NCBI GenBank assembly: GCA_951406725.2
Contig: OX597837.1
Location: 47,926,001 to 47,990,000, forward strand
DNA length: 64,000 nt
Direction: 5' to 3'
Source of the DNA: Octopus vulgaris
Lineage: Eukaryota
Both the position numbers and the translations under genes were made by a program. This document shows positions 50,950-63,778 of this stretch, piece after piece. Below the pieces are notes generated by a model. It had not been told where the DNA came from. It was given only the letters and a program-made list of their open reading frames with translations, and did no database searches. How positions within the stretch are numbered: position 1 is the stretch's first letter; each line of letters begins with the position of its first letter.

Positions 50950-52876
50950 AAAACTCTTTGCTTTCACAAACACTTTATGTACACTGATTGAAGCAATGAA
51001 AAAAAAGGTCCTCGGTATACCTGAAACGTGAAGGAAAATATTTGGATAATGAAACGAATAATGTATGGCTAATTGAATGTAATGTAATAAATGATAATAT
51101 ATGAGTGTTCAGTTGTCATCCTCTATGCCCTCCCCAATTCCTTTGAGAGAAGCAAAGAAGACTAATAATATGTATTAAATGATTAACGAAAATAATAATT
51201 AGTGCAAGAGACCCTTAATCAATATTGACGGTGTGACGATCAAGGAGCAACGTGTCAGTTGTGCATCAGGCTTTTGTGTCAGTCTTTGCGAGTCTGGCAG
51301 AGCGACAAACAGGACAATTGCTGGATGGAGGATAAACTGCATCAGGCAAGGGTCACTTTTGGAAAGCAGGGGTTTCAAGGGGTGTTGGGGTATGACCACT
51401 TGTGGTAAAGGTGGGGTAAGTTGGCGTGGCTCTGTGGGTAGGCGGTGAGATGCATTTCTGGTCATGGTAATTTTGGAGTTGGGAAGTGGGCATTGGTGTT
51501 GCAGCTGCATGAGGTGCTGTTAAAGTCGGTTGAGAAGGTAGTCTCATCACTGGTGTTGGCGTAGGGAACGCATGTGGTCCAGACACCATGAGCAGTGGGC
51601 CATGGGGAAGAAGCAGTAGATACTTCCAGAGGAATTTTGTTGCACAGTGTGACTCAGCCTGATCCATCCACTCTCAACATGTACAGATCGAAATGACGTA
51701 CATCTAAATGGCACCAGTTTTCCCCCCATTTGTAGGATTGGGTCAAACTTGGCTCTGGATTAGGACATAGTTCGAAAGAAGTGAGCATGTGTGTTTTGAC
51801 AACCGTTCAGTAGCACTCATGTTGTGTTTACGCAGGTCTTCTTTTCAATAAGTCATAGTTTCATGCCATGTGGAATGTAGCTTGTACTTGCCGGGATGGA
51901 TGGGAATAAAGTATTGTATAGGGCTGCCAAAGATGCACATGGCTGGGGACAAGTGTGTGTCCCGGTCAGGTGTATTTCTTTATTGTAGCATTGTGCACTG
52001 GAAACTGTCAGTGTTAAGGAAGCCATTGGTGTCAGTGTTGTCTGTAACGAGGCCCTTTATTGTCTCAATACCGACTTTGGCGCGGCAGTTGTCATGGGGA
52101 AATGCAATGGCGGTGATTCTCCCCAATTGTGGAAGAAGGTACAATGTCAGCTCATAGCTGATAGGGCAGTGTTAAGTGCCTGTGCGCCATTCGATGCTCC
52201 TTTAAGATGGTTTTCCAGACCTGTTAGGACATACCACCATTGTCTGTCACCAATTGACAGATGTACCAATGGGAATAGGCTTGATAACTCCAAGTGGAAC
52301 ATTCCGGTCGAGACCTGCTTTTACTTCCTCTTGCCAATGAACCAGGACTGGTATGGGCGTATGGTGGGCGACTGGTTTAGCATTAAGCGGATCGGTTGGT
52401 CAGACATCTTGGAGAATTGCCGATGGTTGCAGACGTTGAATGTGCTGGAGCTGTAGTATTGTAGCAGCTACTTCCTCAGGCGACAACGTTTTTCCTCAGT
52501 GGCTGGGAATGGTAGTGTAGTTGGAGGAGGGGTTTGTATTTGTTGTAGGTGGCAGGTGCATACATTCTGTGTCATTGTTGCAGATGATCGATGAGGCTTG
52601 TCAGTACTCTCTCCCATGGATTGTTTACAGGCCAACTCATGGCACAATCAGGTGCAGGACAGGGTACGTTGGTCATACTGACTCGCTTTTTGTCATAAAT
52701 AAGTCTGACAACTGTTTGCTTTCACCAATATTTTACGCAGTCTGAAGCAATGAGTAAAGGGTCTTCAGTATACCTGAAATGTGAAGGGAAAGATGATGGA
52801 TAATAAAATGAATAATATATGGCGAATTGAATGTAATGTAATAAATTGTAATATATGTGTGTTTAGTTGTAATCCT
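50950..52876 (-). mobile_element. Internally deleted Gypsy (Mag-like) LTR retrotransposon with two ~170-bp LTRs, inserted in an old RTE fragment
   Basis: Diverged direct repeats at 50950-51122 and 52710-52876; PPT-like ggggagggca next to the 3' LTR. pol remnants LLQYYSSSTFNVCNH and HTPIPVLVHWQEEVKAGLDRNVPLGVIKPIPIGT. Confidence 0.8.
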
Positions 52877-54007
52877 GTAATCAGCATAGAGGAGTTGCTA
52901 GGGTCTGCCTGTTTTATATTTATCTGTTATTACCTGAATGATTATGATACCAACAAAAGTCAAGTACATAGGTTTATACTTGGTTAGGTACTTCTCCTGG
53001 GGTTTCTTACCAGAAATATATCATGACTGGTGTTTCTTCCTGATACAAAACCAAATTGCATCTCATCTAGATTAAGTCTTTTCCTAACTAGTTGGGCTAT
53101 GATCCTCTCCGTGATTTTCATCATCTGAAGAAATTAGTGCCAGTGCAAGCACTTTATTTTTAAAGCACACATCAGGCATATGTTAACATATTAGCAATGA
53201 GAAAGCGCTCTAATCGATGTCTACCTATATACATACATATATGCAGGGTAGCCATGTACTTTCTCTACAGCGACACACCTCTGCCTGTCTCTCTATCATA
53301 CTACAGGTTAGGATGAAGCCACCTCTCTCACTACTAGCAGTCCACTCATCCTTGAAATTTACTTTTTAATTTTACTAGTGTCAGTGTTACCAAAACTTTT
53401 CTCAGACATAGAAACCATGTGAAAACAGACATTAGATGTACGTGTAGTAATTCATCTCAGATAGTGTGAAATAGTCCAACCCATGACAACATGAAAAACG
53501 AATGTTAAATGATGATGACACACATACACGTTAATTGTATTTCTTATATTAATTTCAATAATTAATTTGTTTCTATTTATAAATAAAAACAATTGATTTC
53601 GCATGAGAATGATTAGTTTGATGACTTGTGGAAGCAATGTACTGTGTAAATGTAAGGACAACTGTATTTATTAAACAAGTGTATTTCATGATTCGACACA
53701 TAGATAAAACTTGACTTTCAAATGTTGGTTGATATTTTGCTTGTTGTTTGCATATCATGCCTTGTATTATAGATCCCAAATGGCCAAAGGTAAGTGGTCT
53801 TTCTTATTTTGGTGTGGGTTTGCTGTTAGGATTGGTTTTCAGAGTTTAGTCTATATTAGGGTCAGCTTGAGGATTTGTGAAGGGTTTTTAGAGAGAATAG
53901 TCAAGTAAGAGATCAAAGTTTGAACTAGGGGTTAGGATTTGGGGTGATGAGGAGGGTAGAGATTGAACAGGTTTATTTATAGTGTTGATGACTGTTTTAT
54001 ATCGGGT

Positions 54008-54478
54008 TTAGCATTGAAAAGCAGGGATGAGGGCTGGGTGCTTAGATAAGATGCGGATGTCAAGTTGACCCAAGTTATCTCCATGGTGGTCTTTGGCATG
54101 TTGGTAGAGTATAGAAGACTGTTTTCTGTCGTCAAGTTGTCTTAGATGTTCATTTATCCGTTCCGCAATGCTCTTAGACGTCTCCTCTATGTACATCATG
54201 TTCATGTCCTTACAAGCACCTTCTATGCATCTTATATTGTAAACTACATTTCGAGTTCTACAGTTAATACCAGGGCTAATTCTACATGTCATGCAGTTAT
54301 CAATTGTGCATATGGTATTCTTAAACGGGCATGTCCTTCATAATTGTGACCTGACGGAGTTCCTTGGCTTTTCAACAATTTTAATGTTGAGTTTGGTCTC
54401 TTTCAGAGCTTTTCTAAATCTAAGGGCTAGTTCTCCATGGGCTGTGGTCTCTACTAATATCACTCCTTGAATTTTTAC
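54008..54478 (-). mobile_element. Penelope-like GIY-YIG endonuclease remnant
   Basis: CPF...C..C...NCRTRNVVYNIRCIEGAC...YIEETSKSIAERINEH...LYQHAKDHH. Confidence 0.85.
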
Positions 54479-54761
54479 TGGTGAGTGTGTATTTAATAAT
54501 AAGGCACTAAAAGAGAAAGACTCTCCCCAGACACAACAGAATATACACTGTTTTCGCTAATTACTCTTTCACTCACTTTTGCTACTTTCAGTTATTTGAC
54601 TGTGGCCATGTTGGAGCACCGCCTTCAGTCAAACAAATAGAGCCCAGGACCTATTCTCTTTTGCTGAACCGTTCAGTTACGGGTGCGTGAAAACAGCAGC
54701 ATCGTTTGTCAAGCGATGTTCGATGGATAAAGAGGCATACAAACGTATATGTATGTATATA

Positions 54762-54806
<45 letters not shown>

Positions 54807-54992
54807 CACATACATTGGGCTTCTTTTAGTTTCCGTCTACGAAATCTATTCACAAGGCTTTGGTCACCCCGAGGCTATAGTTGAAGACACTTGTCCAAGG
54901 TTCCACGCAGTGGGACTAAAGCCAGAACACTGCGGTTCGTAAGCAAGCTACTTATCACAAAGCCACTCCTACGCCTAGCAGTATATATAGCA

Positions 54993-55028
<36 letters not shown>

Positions 55029-55126
55029 ACTTATAAAACTGAAATGCGAAAAGTTTGTTCGTTTGTCTGGAATGGTTTAAAGGCCACTACATCCCATCGG
55101 ATTGACTCCAAAATTTACGGTTTGTA

Positions 55127-55423
55127 AGCAATCATTCTCACAGAAATGCGCGCACAAACAGACACAGAATGTCACGGTTTAAAGGTCAACATGTTTAAAA
55201 CATAAATAGCTACGAGTTTGCGTACATGCATGTCTCTATGTGCATGGGTGTGGACGTGTGTTTCCAGAATGTCGCAGTTTTAAGGTCAACATATTTAAAA
55301 CATAAATAGGTACGAGATTGCGTCTTTGCATGTATCTATATTCGTGAGTGCGGACGTGTGGGTGTTTGTGCGTGTGTGAGCACAGTCCACCTATACGCAA
55401 GGTGGTTGCATTGTCTTATGGAA
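55127..55423 (+). repeat. Local duplication unit; paralog at 60979-61260, more diverged copy at ~60195-60420
   Basis: agcaatcattctcacagaaatgcgcgcac...ggttgcattgtcttatgg is nearly identical in both copies and has an internal ~100-bp tandem subunit. Confidence 0.85.
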
Positions 55424-55849
55424 CCCCATTAATGAACTCATTTGCATACAAACAATTAGGGATCACCTTGAACTTGTCCGGTTAACAAACAGTAGTGTCT
55501 GAATGGGAATTAGATTGCTTACCTAACAAATGTTTCCGAGTTCAGTCCCACTGGGTGGCATGTTGGGCAAATGTCTTCTACTATAGTCTCGGGCCGACCA
55601 AAGCCTTGTGAGTGGATTTGAGAGACGGAAACTAAAAGAAGACTGTCGTATATATATATATACATATGTATGTAGCAGTAAGAGTGGCTGTGGTATGTAG
55701 CTTCCTTTCCAAACACGGTGATTCTGGTTCAGTCCAACTACGTGGCCCCATGGGCAAGTGTCTTCCAATATAGCCTCGGACAGACCAACATTTCTGAGTA
55801 GATTTGGTACACGGAAACAGAAAGTAGCCCGTCGTATAATAGATAGGTG

Positions 55850-55881
<32 letters not shown>

Positions 55882-55900
55882 TATATGTATGTATATATAC

Positions 55901-55947
<47 letters not shown>

Positions 55948-56959
55948 CATAGGTATATATTGACAGATATATGTATATACATATAGATATTTAAATATAT
56001 AATGGATGGCAATAATGAGACATCCGACTCACTAGAGAGAGCAGTTAAACTCCAAAAAATCGTAAAAGTGTGTCATGTCTGAATAATATTTTCGAGAGTT
56101 ATTTCCCTCTGTACATTATAATTTAATCAAAGTAATATAATTATATGTAAGGAAAGTAACTCTGGAAGATGTTATCTAGTTGTCTCCCTTCCGAGAGTTA
56201 ATTTCTCTTGCATATTATTTTATTATTGTTAAAATATAATATTCAAGGGAAGTAACTGTAGAAGATACTTTGTAGTTGTCTCCCTTAAGTATGTAGTTCT
56301 CGTAATATACACTTTCAGTTATTTCACTGTGACCATGGTGGAGCACCGCCTTTAGTCAAGCAAATCAACCACAGGAATTATTCTTTGTATGCCTATTACT
56401 TAACGTATAGGTCTCTTTTGCAGATCCGATAAGTTATGGGGACGTAATGTTCGATGTACTGAATTAGTAGGTATTTATTTATTGTAAGAACTTCAATTAT
56501 CATAAATTATGGGCTAAGAAAGATACTAGAAACTTTTTTGATATACCTATTGGGGCTCCTTGCATGTGTGGGACTGTTTTTATTTATGTGAGTGCCGGTA
56601 TTTTCATTTCAGTGTTTGTGTGTGTGTGTGAGAGTGTTTTCATTTCTGTGTGCGCGAGTGTGTGAGCGACTGAGTGTTTCTATTTGTTTGTGTGTGTGCG
56701 ACACTTACAAATACAACAAACACTTTGACCATTTGTAAGATGCATACATTTGAGATCACTAACTACTAAATCAAAACAAGTTCAATTTATTGCACCTTTA
56801 GTGACTTCAGATGTTGCTCATATTTTTCCCATATGTCGACAATGTATTAATTTCACAAGTGGATGAAAGAAATTCTCATACTGGAGTGGAGGGAGCTGAT
56901 ATTCTAACTGCGAGTGGAAAGCACCCAATGCCCCTTTACATTCTGAATAAATTGTATGT

Positions 56960-57130
56960 TTAGTTAGTTAGTTAATTTGGCTCAAAAGCAAATAGCAAGG
57001 CCATGTAGGGGGACATGGAGTTAAGTACAGGGTGGTGTTCATCTAAAGAGTTCAGGCCACTTGAGGTTCAGGGAGGCTTTGAACAAAGCGGTCGTCGGCA
57101 TCTTCACCATCTCGTCTGGCAGCTTGTTTG
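56960..57130 (-). mobile_element. CR1-like LINE 3' end with (TAAC)n tail
   Basis: Minus strand NKLPDEMVKMPTTALFKASLNLKWPELF followed by a UTR and (taac)n. Confidence 0.75.
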
Positions 57131-58023
57131 TGCTAGTTAGGGTTAGGGTTTTATGTGTGAGTGTGTAACTGTGTTTTCATTTCTGTGTGTGGGTGCGTAT
57201 GTGTGTGTGTGTGACTATTTTCATTTATGTGTGTGTGTGTGTGTTTGTGCGTGTGTAAGTGTGTGAGAGTTTGGATGTGTAACTGTATTTTTCATTTCTA
57301 TATGTGTATGTCTGTGTGTTTGAGCATGTTCGTATGAGTGTTTTCTTTTCTGTGTCTTCGAGTGTGTAGGTATGTAAATATTTTCTTTTCTCTATTTGTC
57401 CGCGTGTTTGAGTGTGTGAATATATAGATGTGTATTTTCACTTCTGTGTGTGTTTGTGCGTATGTGAGTGTGTGAGTATTTTTTCAGTGTTTTTGTTCGT
57501 GGGACTGTTTTTATTTGTGTGTGTGTGAAAGTGTGTTTTGGTATTTTAATTTCATTGTTTGTGTTGTGTGAATGTTTTCATTTCTGTGTGTACATGTGTG
57601 TGAGCGTCTGTGCGTTTTTATTCGTTTGTGTGTGTGCGACAATTTCAGCTACAACAAACACTTTAAGCATCTCTAAGATACCCACATTTGAAAATCACTA
57701 ACTGCTGAATGAAAAGAAGTTCATTTTATTGCGACTTGTTACATGTTTTGTTTAAGTCCATAGACATTAATGGCTTTGCAGTCAAGTCTAGTCAAGCAAT
57801 TTGTCTCCTTTTTTGTTAAATCGTGTTGGAACTGGTGGATAAGAGTAGACAGTTTGGTCATTATCTTCGATTGACTGTAGTTGTTGATGTTTTTAACCGA
57901 TGCTGGTGTGTTTTATTCCCTGTATTTTAGCGGTTCGGCAAAAGAGAACAAGTTAGAATAAATACTAGGATTACAAAGAATAAGTGCTGCGGACGATGTG
58001 CTCGACTAAAGGCGGCGCTCCAG

Positions 58024-58077
<54 letters not shown>

Positions 58078-58081
<4 letters not shown>

Positions 58082-59126
58082 GGTATGTAGAAAAATACAA
58101 CATGGACAAGAACGTATAACTCTTAGAAGACGACACAATAAACACGGACAGGACATTCGAAACCCTCAGTCTTCAGTCAAGAACCGGATCATCGTAGTAA
58201 TTTCGGCTGATTAATCTTGAGATTACTAGATCACGGCCAGCCCTCAAGAAAAACCAAGCAACGAGCATTAGAAAAACTAAGCTGGAAGCGTAGATTTCCT
58301 GGAAGAAGGATCGAATGCATACGAACACCAGGACAGCAAAAGGGACAGATATAAAAAAACAAAAAACAATAATGGAATACAGAAACATGAAATACAGAAG
58401 CATTAACGGTGAAAACAACAGTGTCTTACGACTGATAACAAGCAAACAAATTTTTTCTCTGGCGCAATGGAAAAAGCCTTTATAGTGGCGGACGAAAACA
58501 GCGATGTTAACAGAACGAGGGTCAGAAGCTGAAAGGCAGATTTCGGCCAACAGTCACGTGACAGAGAAGAGGAAAAGAAAAGAAAGAGAAGCAAAGGAAG
58601 AGAGAGAGAGAGGAGGGACAAACGCAACAAAGAGAGAGAAGAGAGAAAAGAAGGAATCAGAGAGGAGAAGGGATGGGTGTCGAAGAATGACCTGTGAGTG
58701 CAGAGCGAGACAAAGAAATAGGAGGGTAGTGGAAGACTAGACCAAAGAATCAGAGGAAAGAGAAGAGAAAAAGAGGATGAGTAGAGAGAAAAGAGAGAGA
58801 GGGAGACAGATCAAGTAAAAATGAGAGAGAGAGAGAGACAAACAGAGAGTCGTACCAATTATTAAGAATATGTGCTCACATAAATGTTAAGGGGGGTACG
58901 GGGCGCCTGGAATATATGTTAAGGTATGTAGAAAAATACAACATGGACAAGAACGTATAACTCTTAGAAGACGACACAATAAACACGGACAGGACATTCG
59001 AAACCCTCAGTCTTCAGTCAAGAACCGGATCATCGTAGTAATTTCGGCTGATTAATCTTGAGATTACTAGATCACGGCCAGCCCTCCAAGAAAAACCAAG
59101 CAACGAGCATTAGAAAAACTAAGCTG
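58078..59126. repeat. Direct repeat, ~207 bp x2 (58078-58284 and 58919-59126), partial-tandem pseudo-LTR-like unit in (TA)n
   Basis: The copies are identical except for a 1-nt indel; period 841 bp; AG-rich spacer. Confidence 0.9.
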
Positions 59127-61260
59127 ATATATATATATATATATATATGTACATACATACAGATATACGTCTATATACCCACACACGCATATATACTATC
59201 TAAAGCAAAAAATAAACTTGATTATGTCCGAAGGGTAGTACTAGATAACATTATTACTTTATATATTTGTGGGGTGTAGTGAAATGTAAATGATCAGCTA
59301 GTCAATGTTTATTTGTTAAAGGTACCAGCAGATTACTTGGATGTGTATGTGTCTCTGTTGGTGTGCGCATGGTCGTGTCATCTTTCGTAGTCGTAAAACG
59401 AACACACCTATTACAGAAATTACAACATGAAAGGTATTATATGACGATTAGGAGATATTTTCAGCTATCTCCCTAGTGAACAGGTTATAGACTTTTGTCG
59501 CTATTTACTCTTTTACTCTCATTTACTTGTTTCAGTCATTTAACTGTGGCCATGCTGGAACAACACCTTCAGTTGAGCATATCGACCCCAGGATTATTCT
59601 TTGTAAGTCTAGTACTTATTCTAACAGTCTCTTTCGCTGAACCTCTAAGTTACGGAGACCTAGACATATATATATATACATACACACATGTATATAAAAG
59701 CACGTATTCGCACACACAGAAATGGAAATACACACATTTAACCCTAACTCATAGTTTCATCTCCCTTTGGCATTTAAACTTACAGCACTTAAATATAAAA
59801 ATGAATCTCAAACCAAGGAAAGTAACTCCTTCTACATCCCTTACTTGACAAGAGTTACATCCGTTGATTGATACTAATACAATTTAACATTAGGATACGT
59901 AAATAGTGTTTGAATAATAATAGGCTGGAATGGATTAGGGTTAGGGTTAGGTTTAGGTTTAGAAGACAATTGCACAAGATGAGAGGCAGTGGGAATGAAA
60001 CTGAAACCATGTGGTTCGTAGGCAAACTACTTACCACAGCCATTCCTGCGCCGATATTCATATACACGACGGTCTTCTTTCGGTTTCCCTCTACCAACCC
60101 TACTCAGAATACTTTTGTCGGCCCGGGGGTATAGTTGAATATACTTGCCGAAGGTGCCACGATGTTGGATTGAACCCAGCACATTGAGGTTGGTGAGCAA
60201 ACACTCTCACACACATGCGCGAGCGCAAACAGACACAGAGATGAAAGCACACATATTGGCTGACCCAGACACTCATAAAATTTTTTAAGAATGTCACGGT
60301 TTTAAGGTCAACATATTTAAAACATGAAATAGCTTTGCATGTATCTATGTGCATGAGTGCGGAAGTGTGGGTATTTGTGCGTGTGTGAGGACAGTCCACA
60401 CATACCCAAGGTTGTCACATCGGCTAATGTGACCCACCCGCGAAAGTGTTTCACTCAGACATACACATACAGATATACGTGTATATACCCACGCATGTAT
60501 ATGTAGTGTCTAAAACAAAAAAGAAACTGTAAGGGATGGAACGGGAGTTCTTTCCGTTTTATTAAGAAAACTTGCATCTGTATGTGTGATAGTACGTGCG
60601 TGCATTCTCGTGTGCCCTTCGAGTGCGAACAAACACACACACACACACACACACACACATTTAAATATATATACGATGGTATTTTTTCAGTTTCCTTCCA
60701 CTAAATCCAATCACAAGGATTAGTTCGGCCTTGGGGTACAGTAGTAGACAATGGCATAAGATGACAGGCAGTGGGAGTGAACACCAAACCATGTGGTTCG
60801 CAAGCGAACTACTTACAACATAGCCATTGCTACGCCGATATTCATATATACAACGGGCTTCTTTTAGTTTCCCTCTACTAACTCCACTCAGCATACTTTG
60901 GTCGGCCCAAGGCTATAGTTGAATACACTTACCAGGGTGCAACGCTGTTGGATTGAACTCATCGCATTGCGGTTCGTGAGCAATCATTCTCACAGAAATG
61001 CGCGCACAAACAGACACAGAATGTCACGGTTTAAAACATAAATAGCTACGAGTTTGCGTACATGCATGTCTCTATGTGCATGGGTGTGGACGTGTGTTTC
61101 CAGAATGTCACAGTTTTAAGGTCAACATATTTAAAACATAAATAGGTACGAGATTGCGTCTTTGCATGTATCTATATTCGTGAGTGCGGACGTGTAGGTG
61201 TTTTTGCGTGTGTGAGCACAGTCCACCTATACCCAAGGTGGTTGCATTGTCTTATGGGAA

Positions 61261-61360
61261 NNNNNNNNNNNNNNNNNNNNNNNNNNNNNNNNNNNNNNNN
61301 NNNNNNNNNNNNNNNNNNNNNNNNNNNNNNNNNNNNNNNNNNNNNNNNNNNNNNNNNNNN
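61261..61360. other. Assembly gap (100 N)
   Basis: Run of N; true size unknown. Confidence 1.
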
Positions 61361-61758
61361 GACAACCACTGCTGATGTGTTTACATCTCCGTAACTTAGT
61401 GGTTTGGTTGAAGAGACCGATAGAATAAGTACTAGGCTTATAAAGAATCAGTCCTGGGGTCGATTTGCTTGACTAAAGGTGGTGCTCCAGCATGGCCACA
61501 GTCAAATGACTGAAGTAAAAGAATATACACATGCGCACACACACACACACGGATGTATGTATGAATGTGTGAATCGATATACTTAGTGAGATGCTGGCAT
61601 GACTGGATGCAGCTTTTGCTTAGTAATCACGGGATTCTGGTTCAACCCTGCTCTATGATGTCTTGGGCAAGTGTCTGTTATGATAGCCTTGGGTTCAACA
61701 ATGTTATGTGAGTGGAAATGGTTGGTACTATATGGAAGCAAACCTTATATATATATAC

Positions 61759-61796
<38 letters not shown>

Positions 61797-62307
61797 TCTC
61801 TCTCTTTCGGAGAGGCACAAGCACCTACACGCACATATACACACACGGCAGTAACTTCCGCCTGCCGAATTCAATCACAAAGTTTCGGTCGGCTCGGGGC
61901 TATAGCAGAAGACACCTACCCAAAGTGCCACGCAGTGGGACTGAACCCGAAACCATATAGCTAGGAAACAAGCTCCCTAACCACACAGCCATGCCCGCGC
62001 CTAATATATATATATGACTGGATTGCCTGTGTTCAGTCTACTGCAGGATGAAGGTCTCAGCACGTTCTCTCCACCAACCATGGTCTGATGTGGAGGTCAA
62101 GAATTTGAGCTTAAGATCCTACTGGTTTGATGAACCTTTGCTATTACACTGGTTTGACATGTCTTGGCAGAAGGATGCTGTCTTTTTCCTTGTTCTCTTA
62201 CCCAGGAGTAGTTAAGTCGATTACCTTAACCCATCCTGAAGTCGACCTCAGCGGAATTTGAACTCTGATTAAGAAATGTTGATTTTACTTCTTTTTATTA
62301 TTCACAG

Positions 62308-62366
62308 TTGGTTCCAGAACATGTTGTGATGACACCTGAAGAGAAGTCTGAACTCTTGCAGCGATA
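62308..62366 (+). CDS. POLR2E: RNA polymerases I/II/III shared subunit RPB5, internal exon (59 bp)
   Basis: ttcacAG acceptor; [19 protein letters not shown](Y) matches RPB5 [20 protein letters not shown]; donor GTATCCTTT. Confidence 0.95.
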
Positions 62367-63463
62367 GTATCCTTTAGACTGTGACTGCTGCTGTTGTTGT
62401 TGTTTTTTCTGTTTAAGCACATCTCCCTGCATGTGTGTGTATGTGTGTATATATACACTCACACATGCTGTTTTGCTCTCTCTTCCTCCTCTCCCCCTTT
62501 CTACTTCCCTTGTGTATTTCTTTTTGTTATCATCTCTTCACTTTTCTCTCTCCCTCCTTTCCCTTCTATTTAAACCTGTGATGATGGTAAAAGACATACT
62601 TCTTTAAATATGTATGCTTACACACACACACACACACACACACTCTCTCTCCTTTCATTCAAATGCACCCTTCCCCTTCACACATGAACCTGCACTCACA
62701 CACACACACCTTCCCCATCTACATCCTCTTCTGAATCCTGGAATGGGTGGGATTCTGTGTTGTTACTCACCCTGCCAGAAATACTAGCTAAACGTCCCTC
62801 GTCTGTTATCACTAACCACTGTAGCCTAAACTGTGGACACAAGTATGTTATCAGAAGGCTCACCATACAACTGCAAGGTTCCTGGCGGCACCATTCCTAG
62901 TTTCGGTCGTCTTGGGGTGTGGCAGTGTTGATCCCGTAAACGACAAGGTACTGTTGGTCACTGATTCAGATATAAAGAGAACTAAATCAGTATTGCAGCT
63001 TGACCTGTTAGAAACAGCAACCAAATTTCTTTAAAATTATATTCTACCATCTTGGAAAAAAGAAAGGACACATGAGGCAATGTAGTGAAATGTAAAAAGA
63101 CTGGATAGCCATCGTCGGAATGTCATATAGATCTGCTCAGTGTGGGATTGTCTGGGGCCAGACAACAATAAGTAAGCAAGCAAAAGTTGGGATGGCCATG
63201 GTTGAGAGGCTTCTGATCATAGATCTGTTCAAGCAGAACTGACCTAGGGCTAAACAACAGCATGATGCTCTCTTTCTTCCTCCTCATTCCACTTAAGAAC
63301 TTTGTTTTCTCCTTAATTACTCTGTTGAGGTCAACTTTGCCTTTCATCCCTTTCAGGGTTGGTAAAATAAATACTTGTCATGTACTCAGTGGGGGGGGGG
63401 GACATAATCGACCCCCGTCCCCCCAAAAAAAACCTTTATTTTCTCCTTAATTCTTGTCACCAG
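62367..63463 (+). other. POLR2E: U12-type (minor spliceosome) GT-AG intron
   Basis: 5' splice site GTATCCTTT; branch site TCCTTAAT at 63444-63451, about 13 nt before the cAG; the frame joins correctly across TA|T (Tyr). Confidence 0.92.
63319..63433 (+). mobile_element. 5'-truncated Nin-domain SINE with target-site duplication
   Basis: gaggtcaactttgcctttcatccctttcagggttggtaaaataaatac core and an A-rich tail, flanked by ttttctccttaatt at 63305-63318 and 63439-63452. Confidence 0.8.
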
Positions 63464-63542
63464 TAAGTTAAAGGAATCACAATTGCCCCGTGTCCAACAA
63501 GGAGACCCTGTTGCCAGGTATTTTGGACTGAAGAGAGGTCAG
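63464..63542 (+). CDS. POLR2E: RPB5 internal exon (79 bp)
   Basis: (Y)[26 protein letters not shown] matches RPB5 [26 protein letters not shown]; donor CAG|GTAGGC. The last exon is beyond the window. Confidence 0.96.
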
Positions 63543-63778
63543 GTAGGCAGCTTTGTTATCTTTTTTTCTTTTTTCTTTTTGACTTCTCTCATTCATCCAC
63601 AACTTTTCTTTCTTTGGTATGGCCTGTCCTAGCTCTGTGTGATGATGGTCTCTGAATGTGGGATGGAGCATGGCTCTGTGAAACGTTATTTCATCTGGCT
63701 GTGTGTGGTTTAGCAGTGTATGGCTGGACCCAGTTGTGTATGTATAGTGCAGTCACTTACTACAGAGAACCCCTTCTA

